A stretch of 64,000 nt of DNA from Epiperipatus broadwayi (taxonomy: Eukaryota > Animalia > Onychophora). The notes beneath the pieces are model-generated. The model ran no database searches and was not told where the DNA came from. It was given only the letters and a program-made list of their open reading frames with translations. The stretch spans positions 14,260,001-14,324,000 of the forward strand of contig JAQFVV010000006.1 of the NCBI GenBank assembly GCA_028023455.1. The letters are read 5' to 3'. Of the stretch, positions 61,725-64,000 are shown piece by piece (within the stretch, counting starts at the first letter, position 1; each line of letters starts with the position of its first letter). The position numbers and the translations under genes are program-made.

Positions 61725-61990
61725 GTGAATTTGGTAACATTAAATTTTGTTTTAAATTGGGCAAAATGTTACTGAAACATTTGGAAATGATTTTAATTGC
61801 ATATTACAATGGAACTAAACATTTTCAAGTGATTGATGAGTATTGAAGCCCTTCCACGAAGCTACGAAACATACTATCACATTTCATATCCTATCTCTTA
61901 ATCCAGACATGCTACCACTTGAAATTTTTTGTAATGAATGACTAAACTACGCTGCTAGATGACGTATTGATTCAGATATAGTACTGCAGT
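61725..61990 (+). mobile_element. mariner N-terminal remnant
   Basis: An IKFCFKLGK-like stretch, similar to the 26.1-kb remnant. Confidence 0.5.
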
Positions 61991-62281
61991 AGCTTATAGA
62001 ATGAATCGATCACTTTTCATTGCCACATGCTGATAGTGCACCCCTAGGTTCTGGAGCCAAACATAACATCCTGTCTTTCTTTATAAAGATAGTGGTATAG
62101 TATAGTTCACTTGCATATGTGTGCAAGATTAATTTTATGATATAAGTTAATATTTTTAAAAAAAGTTTTAAATGAGAAAATAATTTGAGTATATTAGTTT
62201 TATAATTATCTTAAATTTTAGAGTTTAGTTTGCGCTATTAAAAACAAATCTTATAATACTTTTATGTGTTTTTTTTTTTAG

Positions 62282-63799
62282 ATCCACAAGCCATTAAATC
62301 CTTCCAAATTATTAGTAAAAAAAGCATTGGCGTTATGGAATATACAAAAAATGCGAGCTGATAATACAACGGTAGTGACTGTTATGATTGATCCCCAAGG
62401 ACCATCACGTTGTGAAGTTCTCATAAGGCACCGTACAATGAAACGTCTCAGATCACGAGGAAGCTCTGATACTAGTATGTATTTTTTAACTGACCCTGAT
62501 TCATCAATCTCATCACAACCCATTTGCAAATCCGAAGCTTCCGATCGTCAAACGTACAAAACAATAAGTAAAAAAAGTGATTGTTTAAAGAAGAAAACAG
62601 ATATTTTGCATTCTTGCGCAGGATCTTTTGATTTACCTAATAAGGATCATTTCGATTCTTTTTCTTCAAAATCTGCTTGGAAGAACGATATTGTTTCTAA
62701 AAGAAAATGTTATGATCATTGTGTTCCTACTCCGATAAAACGGTCTTCACTGATTGAAAATGTTGATAAATCTGAGAGCAAATCTTTTGATTGGAAAATA
62801 TATAATGATAACAGTAACAATAATGGTATTAGTAATAATAATAATAATATTATTAATAATAATAATGTGTATAATAGTAATATTAATAATGTTCATAATA
62901 ACATTTCTTCAAAATTTAAAGTCGATAACAAAAGTGAAATTGAAGGTTCATCTTTATTATCATTTCCACGAAATGGAATAGGAAAAGTTATACCTCAAAT
63001 ACAAAAATCACCCGATTATTCAAACACTGAGCTTGGAAAAGTTTCATGTCCTCGTAAGATTTTGGATGACATGTGTACAAATATTAAAATGTACAACAAC
63101 GTTAATTTCAATACTGAAGACAGCAGTGAAGAAGATGGTGTGGAAACATCATGTGAATCTTGTTTAGATCGGCAAGTTTGTGAAAACACTCATTTGGGAA
63201 TCGGTGAGGATTCCCATCATAGTACTAACAATAATACTGGATTAAAAACGTCTTATAAATTGACCGCTAATTCACGGATTATAGAAGAGGAAAGTGACTC
63301 TCAAAACAAATGTTGTATATGTAAGGATATTGTTGTAGTTCCTCCTAGCCAAAAGAAATTGTCTAGTAACACTCATCTTATTAAAAATAGTAATAGTAAT
63401 TTAGTACTTCCATGTGAGGATCTACCTGTAAATTCAAAAATTGGTGAATCACCTCCCTCTGGACTTGTTTTGAGAAACAAAAGAATATCTTTTACCACAA
63501 AAGATTTAAAATCTCATTCAAAGCATCATAAACGATTAAATTTGTTGCTAAAAAGAAAATCTGTGGTAAAAGAAATATCACATTCTTTGACTGAGCAACA
63601 ACAAAAATATACAAATCTGAAACATTCTCAGTCATCCTACCATAAAGTTGAAAATTGCTATACATGTGACAACACCTTTTTAAAGCTCGACACAAACTCA
63701 AACCCGTCTAAAATACTTCTTTCCCATGTCAAATCAAATAGAAAACGTAAAATATGTCATGAGAAAATATGTAATTTGAGAAAGAAAGGTCATGCATAA
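62282..63799 (+). CDS. PPM1D: PPM1D terminal coding exon (end of catalytic domain plus long low-complexity tail)
   Basis: Poly-T tract + ag|ATC CAC AAG, phase 0, matching the previous exon. IHKPLNPSKLLVKKALALWNIQKMRADNTTVVTVMIDP carries the RADNTT PP2C motif and reads open for 505 codons to TAA. Confidence 0.93.
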   Translation: MHKPLNPSKLLVKKALALWNIQKMRADNTTVVTVMIDPQGPSRCEVLIRHRTMKRLRSRGSSDTSMYFLTDPDSSISSQPICKSEASDRQTYKTISKKSDCLKKKTDILHSCAGSFDLPNKDHFDSFSSKSAWKNDIVSKRKCYDHCVPTPIKRSSLIENVDKSESKSFDWKIYNDNSNNNGISNNNNNIINNNNVYNSNINNVHNNISSKFKVDNKSEIEGSSLLSFPRNGIGKVIPQIQKSPDYSNTELGKVSCPRKILDDMCTNIKMYNNVNFNTEDSSEEDGVETSCESCLDRQVCENTHLGIGEDSHHSTNNNTGLKTSYKLTANSRIIEEESDSQNKCCICKDIVVVPPSQKKLSSNTHLIKNSNSNLVLPCEDLPVNSKIGESPPSGLVLRNKRISFTTKDLKSHSKHHKRLNLLLKRKSVVKEISHSLTEQQQKYTNLKHSQSSYHKVENCYTCDNTFLKLDTNSNPSKILLSHVKSNRKRKICHEKICNLRKKGHA

Positions 63800-63977
63800 A
63801 CTTATAATCAGATATATTTTATACGCACATTAGATTTTTATTTTTCTGGTATCTGTCCATATCAGTTTTTAATGATGTGTTGAAGCTAAAGCGTATCATT
63901 TACACTACAAATATATTGAAAAACTGAAAATTTAATATACCAGAATAATGATACCAGTGCTTTTTTGTCTCCGTTAC

Positions 63978-63983
63978 AATAAA
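63978..63983 (+). terminator. Possible polyadenylation signal of PPM1D
   Basis: AATAAA ~180 nt after the stop codon. Weak evidence in AT-rich DNA. Confidence 0.25.
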
Positions 63984-64000
63984 AACGTTGTATATTACCT

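Overview
AT-rich, repeat-dense eukaryotic DNA; the repeat content suggests an arthropod, possibly an arachnid, but that is inference only. One host gene is recognisable: the last four coding exons of a PPM1D/Wip1 phosphatase on the + strand (50075-50209, 56318-56533, 57415-57641, 62282-63799), joined by phase-compatible GT-AG introns. Its first coding exon(s) were not found in the window. The rest is transposon-derived: a near full-length RTE LINE, many copies of a second LINE with a (CATCA)n tail, a Penelope RT/GIY-YIG remnant, pogo, hAT and mariner remnants, a SPIN/URR1-like MITE fragment, a tRNA-Gly pseudogene and a ~70-bp minisatellite. The main signal is a set of at least 4-5 families of small non-coding repeats (monomers ~320-470 nt), each carrying a type I hammerhead ribozyme (CUGANGA/stem II/GAAA). 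The ribozymes have a very short self-complementary stem III, which differs between families but stays palindromic, and in families A-C an extended bulged stem I. Copies occur as circularly permuted partial multimers, nearly always with a 5' inversion, and four are bracketed by 13-15 bp target-site duplications. This looks like a retrozyme-type system mobilised by Penelope-like elements. The general class is known; whether these families have been described I cannot check. One fully canonical ribozyme lies in sense orientation inside a PPM1D intron. All alignments and folds were done by eye.
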